Positions 1 to 8,949 of a stretch of DNA of 64,000 nucleotides are shown piece after piece. The translations under genes were made by a program, and so were the position numbers. The notes below the pieces were generated by a model. That model saw nothing but the letters and a program-made list of their open reading frames with translations. It ran no database searches and was not told where the DNA came from. Position 1 is the stretch's first letter; each line of letters opens with the position of its first letter. Source of the DNA: a virus; IMG/VR virus record IMGVR_UViG_3300037264_006630, positions 96,001 to 160,000 of that record, one strand, 5' to 3'.

Positions 1-127
1 CGGGCGGACAGACGTTCATGTCGAAGAGGATGCGCGAGAGCCAGGTGGAGAGGGAGCGCAGGTCGTCCACCGACGGGGAGGTGAAGGGCGGCCCCGGGAA
101 CGCGATCACGCCGTCGTCAGGTTTCAT
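1..127 (-). CDS. Hypothetical protein, 3' end outside window (MKPDDGVIAF...)
   Basis: ATG at 127 lies 7 nt after the -10 box of the sigma70-type promoter at 123-163; frame open to the window edge. Confidence 0.55.
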   Translation of the reverse strand, partial: MKPDDGVIAFPGPPFTSPSVDDLRSLSTWLSRILFDMNVCPP

Positions 128-163
128 ACACACCATGATGCGCACGAAGTTGGGCGTGGTCAA
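123..163 (-). promoter_or_regulatory. sigma70-type promoter S1 with overlapping operator
   Basis: TTGACC-N17-CATCAT-N7-ATG; operator TTCGTGCG-N10-TGTATGAA at 123-148. Confidence 0.75.
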
Positions 164-848
164 GCGGGTTGGGCGAGCGAGCGCAGGGCTTCGAGGAAGG
201 GGACGAGGTGCTCGTTGTGCATGAGGGGGAGGGAACTGTCTATCGAATCGGCGCCGACGGCGCCGGCCCAGCGAACCCGATCGGGCGGACCGACGCGGCC
301 GATGTGGCACGGCAGCCCGCGTGCGTGCGCGAACCGGACCCAGGCGGCGCCGGTCTCGAGCTTCCACGCGGTGTCGCCCCGACGAAGACCCCGCCGTAGC
401 ACTGCTCGTCGATCGCCGCACCCACCTCGTCCTCGGTCATGCCGTTCTGGACGGCGACGTAGGCCGGGACGCGCGGATCGATGTCATCGCGCCAGTAGGC
501 CGAGAAGGCGAGCGATGCGGCTCCGGCGGCGACCATGTCCGGGACCACGATGAAGGCTGGCGGCGGCACCGGCGCGGTCTCGGGGTAGTCGAGGTGGATG
601 GCGATCCGGCGCATGTCGAACCGCGAGGGCATGATCGCCGCGGACGCCTCGCCGAGCGGCTGGCCGGCGGCACACCAGTCGGCGTAGGTCCGGCAGTCGT
701 GGAACCAGCCGTGCTCGGTGCGGCGCGGGTTCATCTCGCCGCGCTGGGTGCATTCCCCGATGCTGGCGTCGGCGAGCTGGCGGACCATCTCGGGCACGCG
801 GCGCCGAGGGTTCCAGCGGGTCTGGCCGACGTAGGCTTGGAGGGTCAC
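160..848 (-). pseudogene. TGT/DpdA-like (tRNA-guanine transglycosylase fold) protein split by a 1-nt deletion
   Basis: ORFs 240-848 and 160-402 join into one protein (VPDMV, VAVQNG, FVGGDTAWK, HIGRV, GADSIDSS) if one G is added to the G4 run at 377-380; may be a sequencing indel. Confidence 0.55.
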
Positions 849-1030
849 GAAACGTGCTCGTCCGCGGTCGCGAGGATGAGGTTCGGGACTCCATCGGCGA
901 ACACGTACTCGCGGATCTCGCGGGTCTTGGTGCGACGGATGAGCCGGCCCTTGATGCCGTGCTCTCGGGCGAAGGCCAGCGCCTGGGCAGCGGTGCCATG
1001 GGTGAAGTCGGGCAGGTTCGCGGTGGTCAT
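845..1030 (-). CDS. Small hypothetical protein
   Basis: Stop overlaps GTG start of the next gene; GC3-rich codons. Confidence 0.6.
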   Translation of the reverse strand: MTTANLPDFTHGTAAQALAFAREHGIKGRLIRRTKTREIREYVFADGVPNLILATADEHVS

Positions 1031-1061
1031 GCTCTGGAAGAGATGCACGTCGAGGGCCACT

Positions 1062-1991
1062 TCACGCGCTCGGTGAGGTGTGCGAAGCAGCGGCGGGGCC
1101 GGGCTCGAGGTAGCCGCAGCCGGCCGCCTTGGTCGCGCGTACCGCCCGGCCGCAGACCTTGCAGGGCTTGCGGTCGCGCTGCGGGGTGTAGGGCGTGGCG
1201 ACCCAGCGATCGAGCGGCGTGCCGGTCTGGGTCTTCGAGTTGTAGGCCATGATCGAGAGCTTGCGGCCGTTCTTCGCGGTGGGCGGCTTGTCGGCCTCGA
1301 GCTTGACGACCCGGGCAAACTGCTCGGGCAGGTCGACGGCGAAGCGCTGCCAGTCGCCCTTGGTGCCGTAGGGGCAGAACACGCAGGCGGACTTGCGCGG
1401 AACCGGGAAGCCGGCGCGCCGCACGAGATCCTCGCACGCGCAACGGCAGAGGCCGCGCTCGATCAGCGGGAAGCGGTTGCGGCGGATCGCGCCGCCCGGC
1501 CGGCGGCGGCGACGGCCGCCCGCGTTCGGATCCTTGTCTGCGCGGGATTCCTCGCCGCGCTCGAACCCGATCCAGACCTCGACCTCTTGGCCGGGGTACC
1601 GATCGTCGAGCCAGCTCTCGAAGCGCTCGACCTTGGCGACGGTGGTGCAGATCCGGTTCGGCCCGGCCATCGGGATCTGCTTCCGCGCGCGCAGCCACGC
1701 GAACAGGCTGCGCGCGTCGCGGACCGGGTAGTTGCTGTGGTCGATGCACACGAACTCGATCCCGTGGCGCGCGCACAGCGGCCGCACCACCTCGTCGATG
1801 TGGCGGTAGGTGCCGGGCCACTCGCCTGGATCGTCGGGGTGGCCGACGTCGATGAACACCACGACGTCGATCCGCTCGCCGCGCGCGATGCCCTCGACGA
1901 GCATGGCGAAGCTGTCGAGGCCACCGCCGAGCGAGAGCACGACGGGGCGGCGCCGGAGCCCCAGGTCGACGGTGAAGTCGAGCTGGTTCAC
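1062..1991 (-). CDS. PAPS-reductase-family / PP-loop ATPase protein
   Basis: SLGGGLDS PP-loop, IGFERGEESRA, FPLIERGL, KSACVFCPY; GTG start coupled to upstream stop. Confidence 0.8.
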   Translation of the reverse strand: MNQLDFTVDLGLRRRPVVLSLGGGLDSFAMLVEGIARGERIDVVVFIDVGHPDDPGEWPGTYRHIDEVVRPLCARHGIEFVCIDHSNYPVRDARSLFAWLRARKQIPMAGPNRICTTVAKVERFESWLDDRYPGQEVEVWIGFERGEESRADKDPNAGGRRRRRPGGAIRRNRFPLIERGLCRCACEDLVRRAGFPVPRKSACVFCPYGTKGDWQRFAVDLPEQFARVVKLEADKPPTAKNGRKLSIMAYNSKTQTGTPLDRWVATPYTPQRDRKPCKVCGRAVRATKAAGCGYLEPGPAAASHTSPSA

Positions 1992-2218
1992 GATGTCTCG
2001 TACAACTTGAGCGCGAGCTCGAGCGCTACGCCGCCGCGGGTGCGGTAGGCCGCGAGCACCGCGGACTTGACGGTCGGCCCGGTGCAGTCCTCGCCCCCGC
2101 CGGGGAGCGGGACTACCGGCGCGAGGTCGTGGATCGGACATGGCCCGTGCGGCGGGTGCGAGTGGCACGGGGTCTTGCCGGACCGCGCCATCGAGCAACA
2201 CATGCAGGTGACGATCAC
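1988..2218 (-). CDS. Small Cys/His-rich protein
   Basis: CMCC and C-x-HSH-x-HGPC motifs; overlaps neighbours by GTGA coupling. Confidence 0.55.
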   Translation of the reverse strand: MIVTCMCCSMARSGKTPCHSHPPHGPCPIHDLAPVVPLPGGGEDCTGPTVKSAVLAAYRTRGGVALELALKLYETS

Positions 2219-2634
2219 GACACCGCTCCGAGCTCGCCGCTGGTGTCGTCGACCGCGCCGCGCTTGACCAGCGCGCGGGCGATCTCGATCGGGCCGACCC
2301 AGCGCAGGCAGTAGCGCATCCGCTCGGAGGCGCTCTCGAACCGCACGTCCGTGGTGTTGCCCGGAGCCCACCGGACGATGCCCCAATCGAGATCATCGGT
2401 GCCGTCGTCGATCGCGTTGGGGTTCATGTGGCCGATGGTGACCGGGACTCCGTCATCCGGGTCGATGGCGTGGAGGATGCCGAAGTCCTGAATCTCGGCG
2501 ATCGCCAGACCGGCGATCTTGTGGCGGTCGAGCAGGCGACCCAGGGCGGGGACGCCCGTGTAGAGCTCGCGCTTCATGGCGTCGAGAGTGGGGATCACGG
2601 GGAGGCCAGCGGTGGTGAGGGTGGCGGTGTTCAT
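2215..2634 (-). CDS. Hypothetical protein
   Basis: ATGA-coupled to 2631-2900. Confidence 0.65.
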   Translation of the reverse strand: MNTATLTTAGLPVIPTLDAMKRELYTGVPALGRLLDRHKIAGLAIAEIQDFGILHAIDPDDGVPVTIGHMNPNAIDDGTDDLDWGIVRWAPGNTTDVRFESASERMRYCLRWVGPIEIARALVKRGAVDDTSGELGAVS

Positions 2635-2900
2635 GAGCGGCGGCCCTTCCCGGTCTTCCGGGTCTTGGCGGTGAGGATGGTGTACGCCTCGAGCGGCGTC
2701 AGGCGCGTCCCGTCGGCGGCGATGCAGCGCTCGGCGAGCCAGCGCACGGCGCCGCGCTTGGACTTGAGGGTCTTGCTCTCGACGCCGGTGAGGGCGAGCC
2801 AGCCGGCGTTGGTCTGGGTCATGCCGGTCGACCGGCTCTCGTTGTTGCCGAGGTCTTCGGTGGTGAGGCCGGGCCTGGTCGTGGTCGCCGTCGTGTCCAT
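2631..2900 (-). CDS. Hypothetical protein, first gene of sigma54 unit M1
   Basis: ATG 13 nt after the -12 GC. Confidence 0.7.
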   Translation of the reverse strand: MDTTATTTRPGLTTEDLGNNESRSTGMTQTNAGWLALTGVESKTLKSKRGAVRWLAERCIAADGTRLTPLEAYTILTAKTRKTGKGRRS

Positions 2901-3125
2901 GCCGAGGAGTATTGCACGGCCGGTGCCACTTCACGCGCATCAGCAGACGCACGAACGACGGCCGGCTTCCGTCCGGAGTGTCGTCGGCGACGACACTCGC
3001 TCCGGATTCGGTCGCGGAACCGACGATCCGGAGGCGGATCCACCTGCGACCACGCTGCGTTGGCCGCCGCCTGTCGCCGTGGCCGACACCCCTGTGTCCG
3101 CAACGCCACACTCCCGGCGGGTCAG
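2901..3125 (-). promoter_or_regulatory. sigma54 promoter module M1 (two UAS palindromes, operator, -24/-12)
   Basis: TGGCACCGGCCGTGCA (-24/-12 at 2914-2927); operator 2930-2955; TGT-N11-ACA palindromes at 2978-2996 and 3071-3089. Confidence 0.85.
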
Positions 3126-3403
3126 CCGACGATGACCGGATAGGTGGCGTTGTGCGCGAGACCGTTGTGCCAGGCGGCCTTGGCCCTGGCTGCTTCGAGG
3201 TCCCAGGCCCACGTCTCGACGTTGAACGCGAGCAGGATCGCGGGCGTGTCGGTCGAGACGAAGTAGACCAGGGTGTCCCGGTTGGTGAAGTTGAGGACGT
3301 AGCCGCGCGCGAGCGCCGCGTCCTGGACGGCGGCGCGGCGGGCCTTCTTCGAGCCACGCCGCGGCACGGTGGCGACGGCGGCTCTGATCTCGTCGGCGGT
3401 CAC
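3122..3403 (-). CDS. Hypothetical protein
   Basis: Coupled operon gene. Confidence 0.6.
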   Translation of the reverse strand: MTADEIRAAVATVPRRGSKKARRAAVQDAALARGYVLNFTNRDTLVYFVSTDTPAILLAFNVETWAWDLEAARAKAAWHNGLAHNATYPVIVG

Positions 3404-3723
3404 TTGTCACCCAGGGCGTCGAGCCGGGCAGCCTCGGCCTCGTGGAGTGCGGTGGTGGCGGCGCGGTACGCTGCCAGGGCACGGTCCAGGCGGACGCGCT
3501 CGGGCGGGTGGAAGGCGGAGCGGTCGAAGGTCAGCCGGCTCCGCTGGACCATGGCGATGTCGCCGCCGCGCGACACGCACAGGTAGTGATTGCGCACGTA
3601 TACGCGCGCGCCGATCGACGGCTTGGACCAGCGCCTCGCCGGGAAGCCCTCGGCTGCGAGGGCGGCGACGAGGCGGTCGGCGTGCCCCTCGGCTTCGGCG
3701 AGGTCGGTCTGGACGGGGCTCAC
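3400..3723 (-). CDS. Hypothetical protein
   Basis: GTG start overlapping upstream stop. Confidence 0.6.
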   Translation of the reverse strand: MSPVQTDLAEAEGHADRLVAALAAEGFPARRWSKPSIGARVYVRNHYLCVSRGGDIAMVQRSRLTFDRSAFHPPERVRLDRALAAYRAATTALHEAEAARLDALGDK

Positions 3724-4001
3724 GACATCCCCATCAGGTTCGCGGCCTCGGCGTCGGTGAGGATGATGTCGGTGCCGCAGTCCAGGTAGGCGTGCTTGCC
3801 GGTGCTCGGTTGCCAGCAATAGAGCAGGCGGGCCCCGGTGCGCGTGGTGAACGGGACCTCGGTGCCGCCGCACGCCGGAATCCAGGGGCCCTGCGCCTTG
3901 CGCGCATCGGCCGCGTCGAGCAACTCGACGAGCGTACGCTGGCGCGGTCCGAAAAAGGGGTACGGCTCAATCGGGCGGTCGGGGGTGGCGTCGGTCATCA
4001 T
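3720..4001 (-). CDS. Hypothetical protein (PFTTRTGARLLYCWQPSTGKHAYLD)
   Basis: ATG 14 nt after the -12 GC of M2. Confidence 0.7.
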   Translation of the reverse strand: MMTDATPDRPIEPYPFFGPRQRTLVELLDAADARKAQGPWIPACGGTEVPFTTRTGARLLYCWQPSTGKHAYLDCGTDIILTDAEAANLMGMS

Positions 4002-4056
4002 GGTCGAGATGCTTTGCACGCGGTGTGCCGTTCGTGCGCCTAATGATGTGTACGAT
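4002..4056 (-). promoter_or_regulatory. sigma54 promoter module M2 with operator
   Basis: CGGCACACCGCGTGCA (4016-4029); operator TTCGTGCG-N10-TGTACGAT at 4031-4056. Confidence 0.75.
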
Positions 4057-4484
4057 CAGGCGGCCAGAAGCTCCGCGCTCTCATCGTCCCAGGTGCGCTC
4101 GAGGTCCCACGCCGCCGAGCCGCGGACCCAGGTGTTGCCGCGGTGGTCGGCGCGCGCGGCCAGCGCGGTCACCAGCAGCTCGTGTCGGTCGGCATCCCGC
4201 AGCCGCGCCCGCTCGACCCGACGGCGGATCGTGCGGCGGTTGTCGGCCCGGAAGACCTCGACGGAGCGGATGTACTCCGACATGAAGTCACTCTCGCCGC
4301 GGAGCAGCCGCTCCATCTCGCGCACTGCGGCGCCCGCGGTCGGGAAGCGGCCGGTGGTGATGATCCGGAAGCCGGCGGGAACGACCGCGTAGGAGGTGTC
4401 CCGTAGCCAGGGCCGATCGACCACCGTCACCGCGACGCAGTGGTAGTTGCCGGTCCCGAACCCGGTGGTGATCGAGCCGCTCAC
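4056..4484 (-). CDS. Hypothetical protein
   Basis: GTG coupled to upstream stop. Confidence 0.6.
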   Translation of the reverse strand: MSGSITTGFGTGNYHCVAVTVVDRPWLRDTSYAVVPAGFRIITTGRFPTAGAAVREMERLLRGESDFMSEYIRSVEVFRADNRRTIRRRVERARLRDADRHELLVTALAARADHRGNTWVRGSAAWDLERTWDDESAELLAA

Positions 4485-4858
4485 TTGGCCCGTTCCGCGC
4501 GGAAGCGGCAGTCCCGGGCCCGGTCCGCCCACGAGGTGAGACCGGTCTCCGTCGCCGCCCGATCGAGCCGCGCGGCCAGCGCCACCAGCTCGTCGCGGCT
4601 GGCGCTGTAGTCGCGCCGCGACGCCTGCTCGTACCACTCGTTGACGCCGAGCTCACCCAGGGTCGCCGCGTAGGCCAAGCCCTCGCTGCGGGTGATGACC
4701 TCGCCCCGCTCGTCCCGCAGGAGGTCGCCGAACTCGTCGGTCGTCTCGCTTGGCGCCAGCGCCGCCTCCATCATCGCGGCCCCGTGCCAGTCGGCCGAGG
4801 TGCGGCGCTCGATGTGGAGGGAGCGGAGCTGGGCCAGCGTCAGGAGCGTCGTGGTCAT
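4481..4858 (-). CDS. Hypothetical protein, first gene of M3
   Basis: ATG 13 nt after the -12 GC. Confidence 0.65.
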   Translation of the reverse strand: MTTTLLTLAQLRSLHIERRTSADWHGAAMMEAALAPSETTDEFGDLLRDERGEVITRSEGLAYAATLGELGVNEWYEQASRRDYSASRDELVALAARLDRAATETGLTSWADRARDCRFRAERAK

Positions 4859-4912
4859 GCCTCGATCATAAGCACGCGGCGTGCCGTTCGTGCGCTTGTT
4901 CATGTGCGCGAA
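4859..4912 (-). promoter_or_regulatory. sigma54 promoter module M3 with operator (divergent from M4)
   Basis: CGGCACGCCGCGTGCT (4872-4885); operator 4887-4912. Confidence 0.8.
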
Positions 4913-5027
4913 ATCTGGTCGCAGGTCCGCTGTTCGGGCTCGATCTCCCCTTGATTCATGCCGCCCCACCCCATCTCGAGGCGTGTAGATCCGAGCGGTT
5001 GCATCCCAGGTGTGACGGCGTGGCGCG

Positions 5028-5219
5028 CTGACTGCGGCGGCGACAGGCGCGCGCCAACCCGGCGTGACTGCCAGTCTTTACGCCGCCGGACGCGGCCCCT
5101 ACGGTCGAAATCGTGGCGAGTGTCGTCGGTGGTGACAGGGGCAGCGCCGGCGTGGGTGTGGTGTTTCGTGCGCTTGGACGTGCGCACGAAGTGGCACGTA
5201 GCATGCTCTACATCCAGAC
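5028..5219 (+). promoter_or_regulatory. sigma54 promoter module M4
   Basis: UAS at 5120-5138 and degenerate UAS at 5028-5046; operator TTCGTGCG-N10-CGCACGAA at 5165-5190; TGGCACGTAGCATGCT (GG 5193, GC 5205); ATG 13 nt later. Confidence 0.85.
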
Positions 5220-5762
5220 ATGACCCCGACGACGAGCCCCGACGGCCAGTACCTCTCCACCGCGGACCGTTGCCGCCTTGCCCTCAAGACCGCTGGCTTC
5301 AAGTCCAAGCAGGTCACGGTCCGGTCGGACGGCGGCTCCATCTACGTCACCATCCGGACCGCGGACGTGTCGATCACCGCAGTCACCGCGATCGTCAACG
5401 AGTTCGTGGTGGTCTACCGCGACCACGGCCCCTCGCAGGAGATCCTCACCGGCGGCACCAGCGTCTACACCAAGTACGCCCCGGAGGCGCTGGCCCCGCT
5501 CAAGGCCGAGATCACCGCCATCCTCATGGCGACCCCGGCCCGCATCGCCGTCGCCATCGGCCCGCACCATGCGTACTGGTCGCCGGACTACGGCACGACC
5601 GCAACCCCCGATCGCAACTCGACCATCCACACCACGACCGCGATGGTCGTCGGCTCGCAGATGACGCTGCGCGCCAGCGGCCTGGACTTCGGCGCCGAGC
5701 AGCTCGCCACCGACCTGCTCGCCCGCGGGATCAAGACCCTGGCGCCGGAGGTGACGGCGTGA
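5220..5762 (+). CDS. Hypothetical protein
   Basis: Leaderless start after M4; strong GC3 bias. Confidence 0.75.
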   Translation: MTPTTSPDGQYLSTADRCRLALKTAGFKSKQVTVRSDGGSIYVTIRTADVSITAVTAIVNEFVVVYRDHGPSQEILTGGTSVYTKYAPEALAPLKAEITAILMATPARIAVAIGPHHAYWSPDYGTTATPDRNSTIHTTTAMVVGSQMTLRASGLDFGAEQLATDLLARGIKTLAPEVTA

Positions 5763-5986
5763 TCGCCCAACTCGGCCTCTGCCCCGCGTCCACCGCTCGC
5801 CTCGAGCCGATCGAGGAAGCCTTCCCGCTCTGGTCCACCACCTGGCACAAGGGCGACCTCTGCACCGTCGTCGGTCACGACTCCGAGTCGTACCCGGAGC
5901 CGATGGTCAGGGTCGTCTTCGACGACGGCCGACCGGGGCCCGGCATCTTCAAGCGCACCGAGCTCGGCTACCGGGCGGGGTCGTGA
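5759..5986 (+). CDS. Small hypothetical protein (possible SH3-like barrel)
   Basis: GTGA coupling; KGDLCTVV..VRVVFDDG. Confidence 0.55.
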   Translation: MIAQLGLCPASTARLEPIEEAFPLWSTTWHKGDLCTVVGHDSESYPEPMVRVVFDDGRPGPGIFKRTELGYRAGS

Positions 5987-6330
5987 AGATCACCCTGACC
6001 CTGTGGTCGTGCTGGTGCGGCGACGGCAACCACGACCGCAACGGGTCGACCTGCTCTCGCACCCCTGACGGCTCCACCGTCGCCGTGACGGTGCCCTACG
6101 ATGACGCCCCGCACGCCGAGGCCGATACCGCCTGCCCCGTCTGCAAGGCCCCGGCGCCCATCCTGGTGGCCGGTACGGGCAAGCGGATCGTCAACGATCG
6201 AGAGGTCCACGCCGACGGGTACCACCTCGCCTGCAAGGCTCATCTGGGGCTGCTCGTCGCCAAGCCTGACACCCTGTTCGGACTCGAGGAGGATCGCCGC
6301 GTCCTCCACGGTCGCCCCCGCGTCTACTGA
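5983..6330 (+). CDS. Zn-finger-like hypothetical protein
   Basis: CWC and CPVC...HLAC motifs; coupled start. Confidence 0.65.
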   Translation: MKITLTLWSCWCGDGNHDRNGSTCSRTPDGSTVAVTVPYDDAPHAEADTACPVCKAPAPILVAGTGKRIVNDREVHADGYHLACKAHLGLLVAKPDTLFGLEEDRRVLHGRPRVY

Positions 6331-6331
6331 C

Positions 6332-6360
6332 CTGGCTCGTTCCTCGCAACAAGATCCCGC
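6332..6360 (+). promoter_or_regulatory. sigma54 promoter M5 (core only)
   Basis: TGGCTCGTTCCTCGCA (GG 6334, GC 6346); ATG 13 nt later; no operator or UAS seen. Confidence 0.6.
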
Positions 6361-6921
6361 ATGACCACCGACCCAGCCTCTCTCGTGATCGGCATCCGCT
6401 CCCTCAAGGTCCAGCGCCGGCTCTCCGAGGAGACCCTGTGCTTCTCGGCCACCATCGTGGTCAACGGCAAGGCCGCCGGCGAGGCGACCAACCGGGGCTC
6501 CGGCGGGGCGACCGACATCCACATCAAGTCGCCCGAGCTACGCGAGGCAGCGGGCGCGTGGGCTCAAGCCTACTACGCCAACCCCGCGGCCGACGCCGAC
6601 CCCGAGCGGCGCGAACTGGCCGAGGGCAAGGGCGCCGCGTGGTGTCTCGAGCTCTACATCGACTACCTCGTCTACGCTGAGGACGGGCGCCGCGAGGCCG
6701 AGAAGGAAGCCAAGAAGCTCAAGCAGATCGACGCGAAGAACGGCGCCTTGTTCGCGGCCAAAGGCTTCGGCTGGATGGTGCGGCTCACCGGCGACGGCGT
6801 CATCCGCTGGATTCCCATGCGAGAGGCTGCCGAGCAAGCCAGCGTCGTGGCGCAGACCGTCGCCAAGCACCAGATCGCGACCGTCAAGGAGGTCGTCCTC
6901 CTGTCCACCGCGCCGGTCTGA
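6361..6921 (+). CDS. Conserved phage/plasmid hypothetical protein (SEETLCFSAT..NGK..NRGSGG)
   Basis: Recognisable N-terminal motif of an uncharacterised phage family. Confidence 0.7.
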   Translation: MTTDPASLVIGIRSLKVQRRLSEETLCFSATIVVNGKAAGEATNRGSGGATDIHIKSPELREAAGAWAQAYYANPAADADPERRELAEGKGAAWCLELYIDYLVYAEDGRREAEKEAKKLKQIDAKNGALFAAKGFGWMVRLTGDGVIRWIPMREAAEQASVVAQTVAKHQIATVKEVVLLSTAPV

Positions 6922-7140
6922 CCCGCGGGAGTGTGGCGCTGGGGATACGGGGTGTCAGCCACGACGACAGATGATGGCCAAGTCAACGCAACCGCTGGCT
7001 GGAATGCTCGTCGAGCGCACGGAATCGCCGCGGATCTAGGCCGAGTGTCGTCGCCGACGACACTCCGGACTCGGGTCCCCCGCGTTTCGTGCGCCTGAAC
7101 GTACGCGCGAACCGGCACGCCGACTGCAATACACCTCGAC
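6918..7140 (+). promoter_or_regulatory. sigma54 promoter module M6, colinear homologue of M1
   Basis: UAS at 6952-6970 and 7045-7063; operator 7086-7111; CGGCACGCCGACTGCA (GG 7114, GC 7126); ATG 13 nt later. Confidence 0.85.
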
Positions 7141-7530
7141 ATGCCCACGACGACCAACGAGTTCGAGACGATCACCACGGTCACCAGCGCGGACGGCCTG
7201 ACCACCATCGTCTACCGGCCCCCGAACACCGACAGCGAGCGGGCTCGCCGCGCGATGGCATGCACCCGTCTCAACTGGAACGTCACCCGCAACGCCCCGG
7301 GCGGCTGGGTCACCGCCAACGTCACCGTCTCCACCGCGGGCGCCAAGGGCTTCCGGGTCGGCTGGTGCGGCAACCGCGGCAACGGCTGGGGCAAGAACTA
7401 CGGCCGGTGCTTCAAGCTCGAGGCCGACGCGCTCACCTTCGCCGGCATCAAGGCCAGCCAGATGTTCTCGTGGGCCGAGCGCCAGGAGGGCAAGCCCTCG
7501 CGCCCCATCGTCCTCGCCACCATGCACTGA
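7141..7530 (+). CDS. Hypothetical protein
   Basis: Leaderless start after M6. Confidence 0.7.
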   Translation: MPTTTNEFETITTVTSADGLTTIVYRPPNTDSERARRAMACTRLNWNVTRNAPGGWVTANVTVSTAGAKGFRVGWCGNRGNGWGKNYGRCFKLEADALTFAGIKASQMFSWAERQEGKPSRPIVLATMH

Positions 7531-7543
7531 CCGCCGCTTCCCG

Positions 7544-7583
7544 TTGACCTCGCCAGTTTCGTGCATATCATGGAGTGTATGAA
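7544..7583 (+). promoter_or_regulatory. sigma70-type promoter S2 with operator
   Basis: TTGACC-N16-TATCAT-N7-ATG; operator TTCGTGCA-N10-TGTATGAA at 7558-7583. Confidence 0.75.
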
Positions 7584-8949
7584 CATGACGCCCGACGCCG
7601 TTTACGTCCCCGCGCACGCGCTCGCGTCGATCCGCGCCGCGCTCGACAAGGCCACCAACGCCGACCGCCGCCACGCCACGCGCCTCAACCTCGCGGTTCC
7701 GGCCGCGCCGGTTCTCACCGTCGGTGAGGAGCGCCAGGTCCGCGAGTGCTGCGCCTGCCGCCACCAGGCCACCGACATCACGCAGTGGATGTCGGCCTGC
7801 TGCACCGCGCCGGCCCGCCTGCTCACCCTGGTCCCCGTGACGATCAGCGCGCCGCGCCCGACCTGCGGCGCCTGGGAGTTGCTCGCGGTGGTCGAGCGCC
7901 AGCCGGCCGACTTCGAGGGCAAGCCATCGCCGAACCTCCTGCGCCGCGTCCCCGGCTCGACCGAAGATCTAGATCTCGGGCGCTGGCGCACCGGCGACGC
8001 CACCCACTGCGACCACTGCGACGTGGATCGCCGCCGGAACGAGACCTTCCTGGTGCTCTCGCTCGAGAACGGCGAGATCAAGCAGGTCGGCCGCCAGTGC
8101 CTCGCCGCCTTCCTCGGCGACCAGTCCTACGAGTCGATCATCCGTCGCCTCGCCTGGCGCGAGTTGCTCACCGACGGTGGTGACGACGGCGAGGGCGGGT
8201 ACGGTGGTGGTGGTCGCTGGGGCGAGCCGGCGCCTGACATCGAGACGGTGCTGGCGCTCACCGCGACGGTCATCCGCAACGACGGCTGGCTGTCGAAGAC
8301 CGCCGCGCGCGAGCGCTTCGACGGGATCCGGGCGACCGCGGACCAGGTCTACTCGCTGCTCAACCCGCCGCGCGAGGGTGAGCAGCTCCGCGAGTGGCGC
8401 AAGGAGATCGTCCGCCTGGCCCCGCAGCCGACCGACATGGAGCACGCGACGGCGGCGCTCACCTGGGTTCGCGACATGGCCCCGACCTCGGACTACGACT
8501 GGTCGATCCACACCGCCGGCCGGCTCACCCACGTCGAGCACTTCGGGATCGTCTGTTCGATCGTTCCGGCCTACGACCGCGTGATCGGTCGCGAGATCGA
8601 GAAGCGCACCCGGCGCGCCGCAGTACCGGCCTCGGTCCACGTCGGTGCCGTCGGCGAGAAGCTCTCCGCCACCGGCATCTGCGAGAGCGCCCGCGCCGTT
8701 CCCGGCGACCAGTGGGGCACCCGGACTGTGATCACGATCGTGGCCGCCGATGGCGCGGTGGTGCAGTGGTGGAAGTCCGGGATCGTCGATGAGGTCATCG
8801 CGGGCCGCACCGTCACCATCACCGGCAAGGTGAAGAGCCACGGCCAGTACGACGGCCGCGCGATCACCACTCTCACCCGCTGCAAGCTGGTGGTGCTGCC
8901 CGAGGCAGCGCCCGACTGCGGCGGCGAGCAGACGGCGGTGGCGTCGTGA
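7579..8949 (+). CDS. Phage protein with Zn-binding motifs and C-terminal OB-fold-like domain
   Basis: CCAC and CDHC...KQVGRQCL motifs; C-terminal HVGAVGEK..ITGKVKSHGQYDG..TTLTRCK. Confidence 0.7.
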   Translation: MNMTPDAVYVPAHALASIRAALDKATNADRRHATRLNLAVPAAPVLTVGEERQVRECCACRHQATDITQWMSACCTAPARLLTLVPVTISAPRPTCGAWELLAVVERQPADFEGKPSPNLLRRVPGSTEDLDLGRWRTGDATHCDHCDVDRRRNETFLVLSLENGEIKQVGRQCLAAFLGDQSYESIIRRLAWRELLTDGGDDGEGGYGGGGRWGEPAPDIETVLALTATVIRNDGWLSKTAARERFDGIRATADQVYSLLNPPREGEQLREWRKEIVRLAPQPTDMEHATAALTWVRDMAPTSDYDWSIHTAGRLTHVEHFGIVCSIVPAYDRVIGREIEKRTRRAAVPASVHVGAVGEKLSATGICESARAVPGDQWGTRTVITIVAADGAVVQWWKSGIVDEVIAGRTVTITGKVKSHGQYDGRAITTLTRCKLVVLPEAAPDCGGEQTAVAS

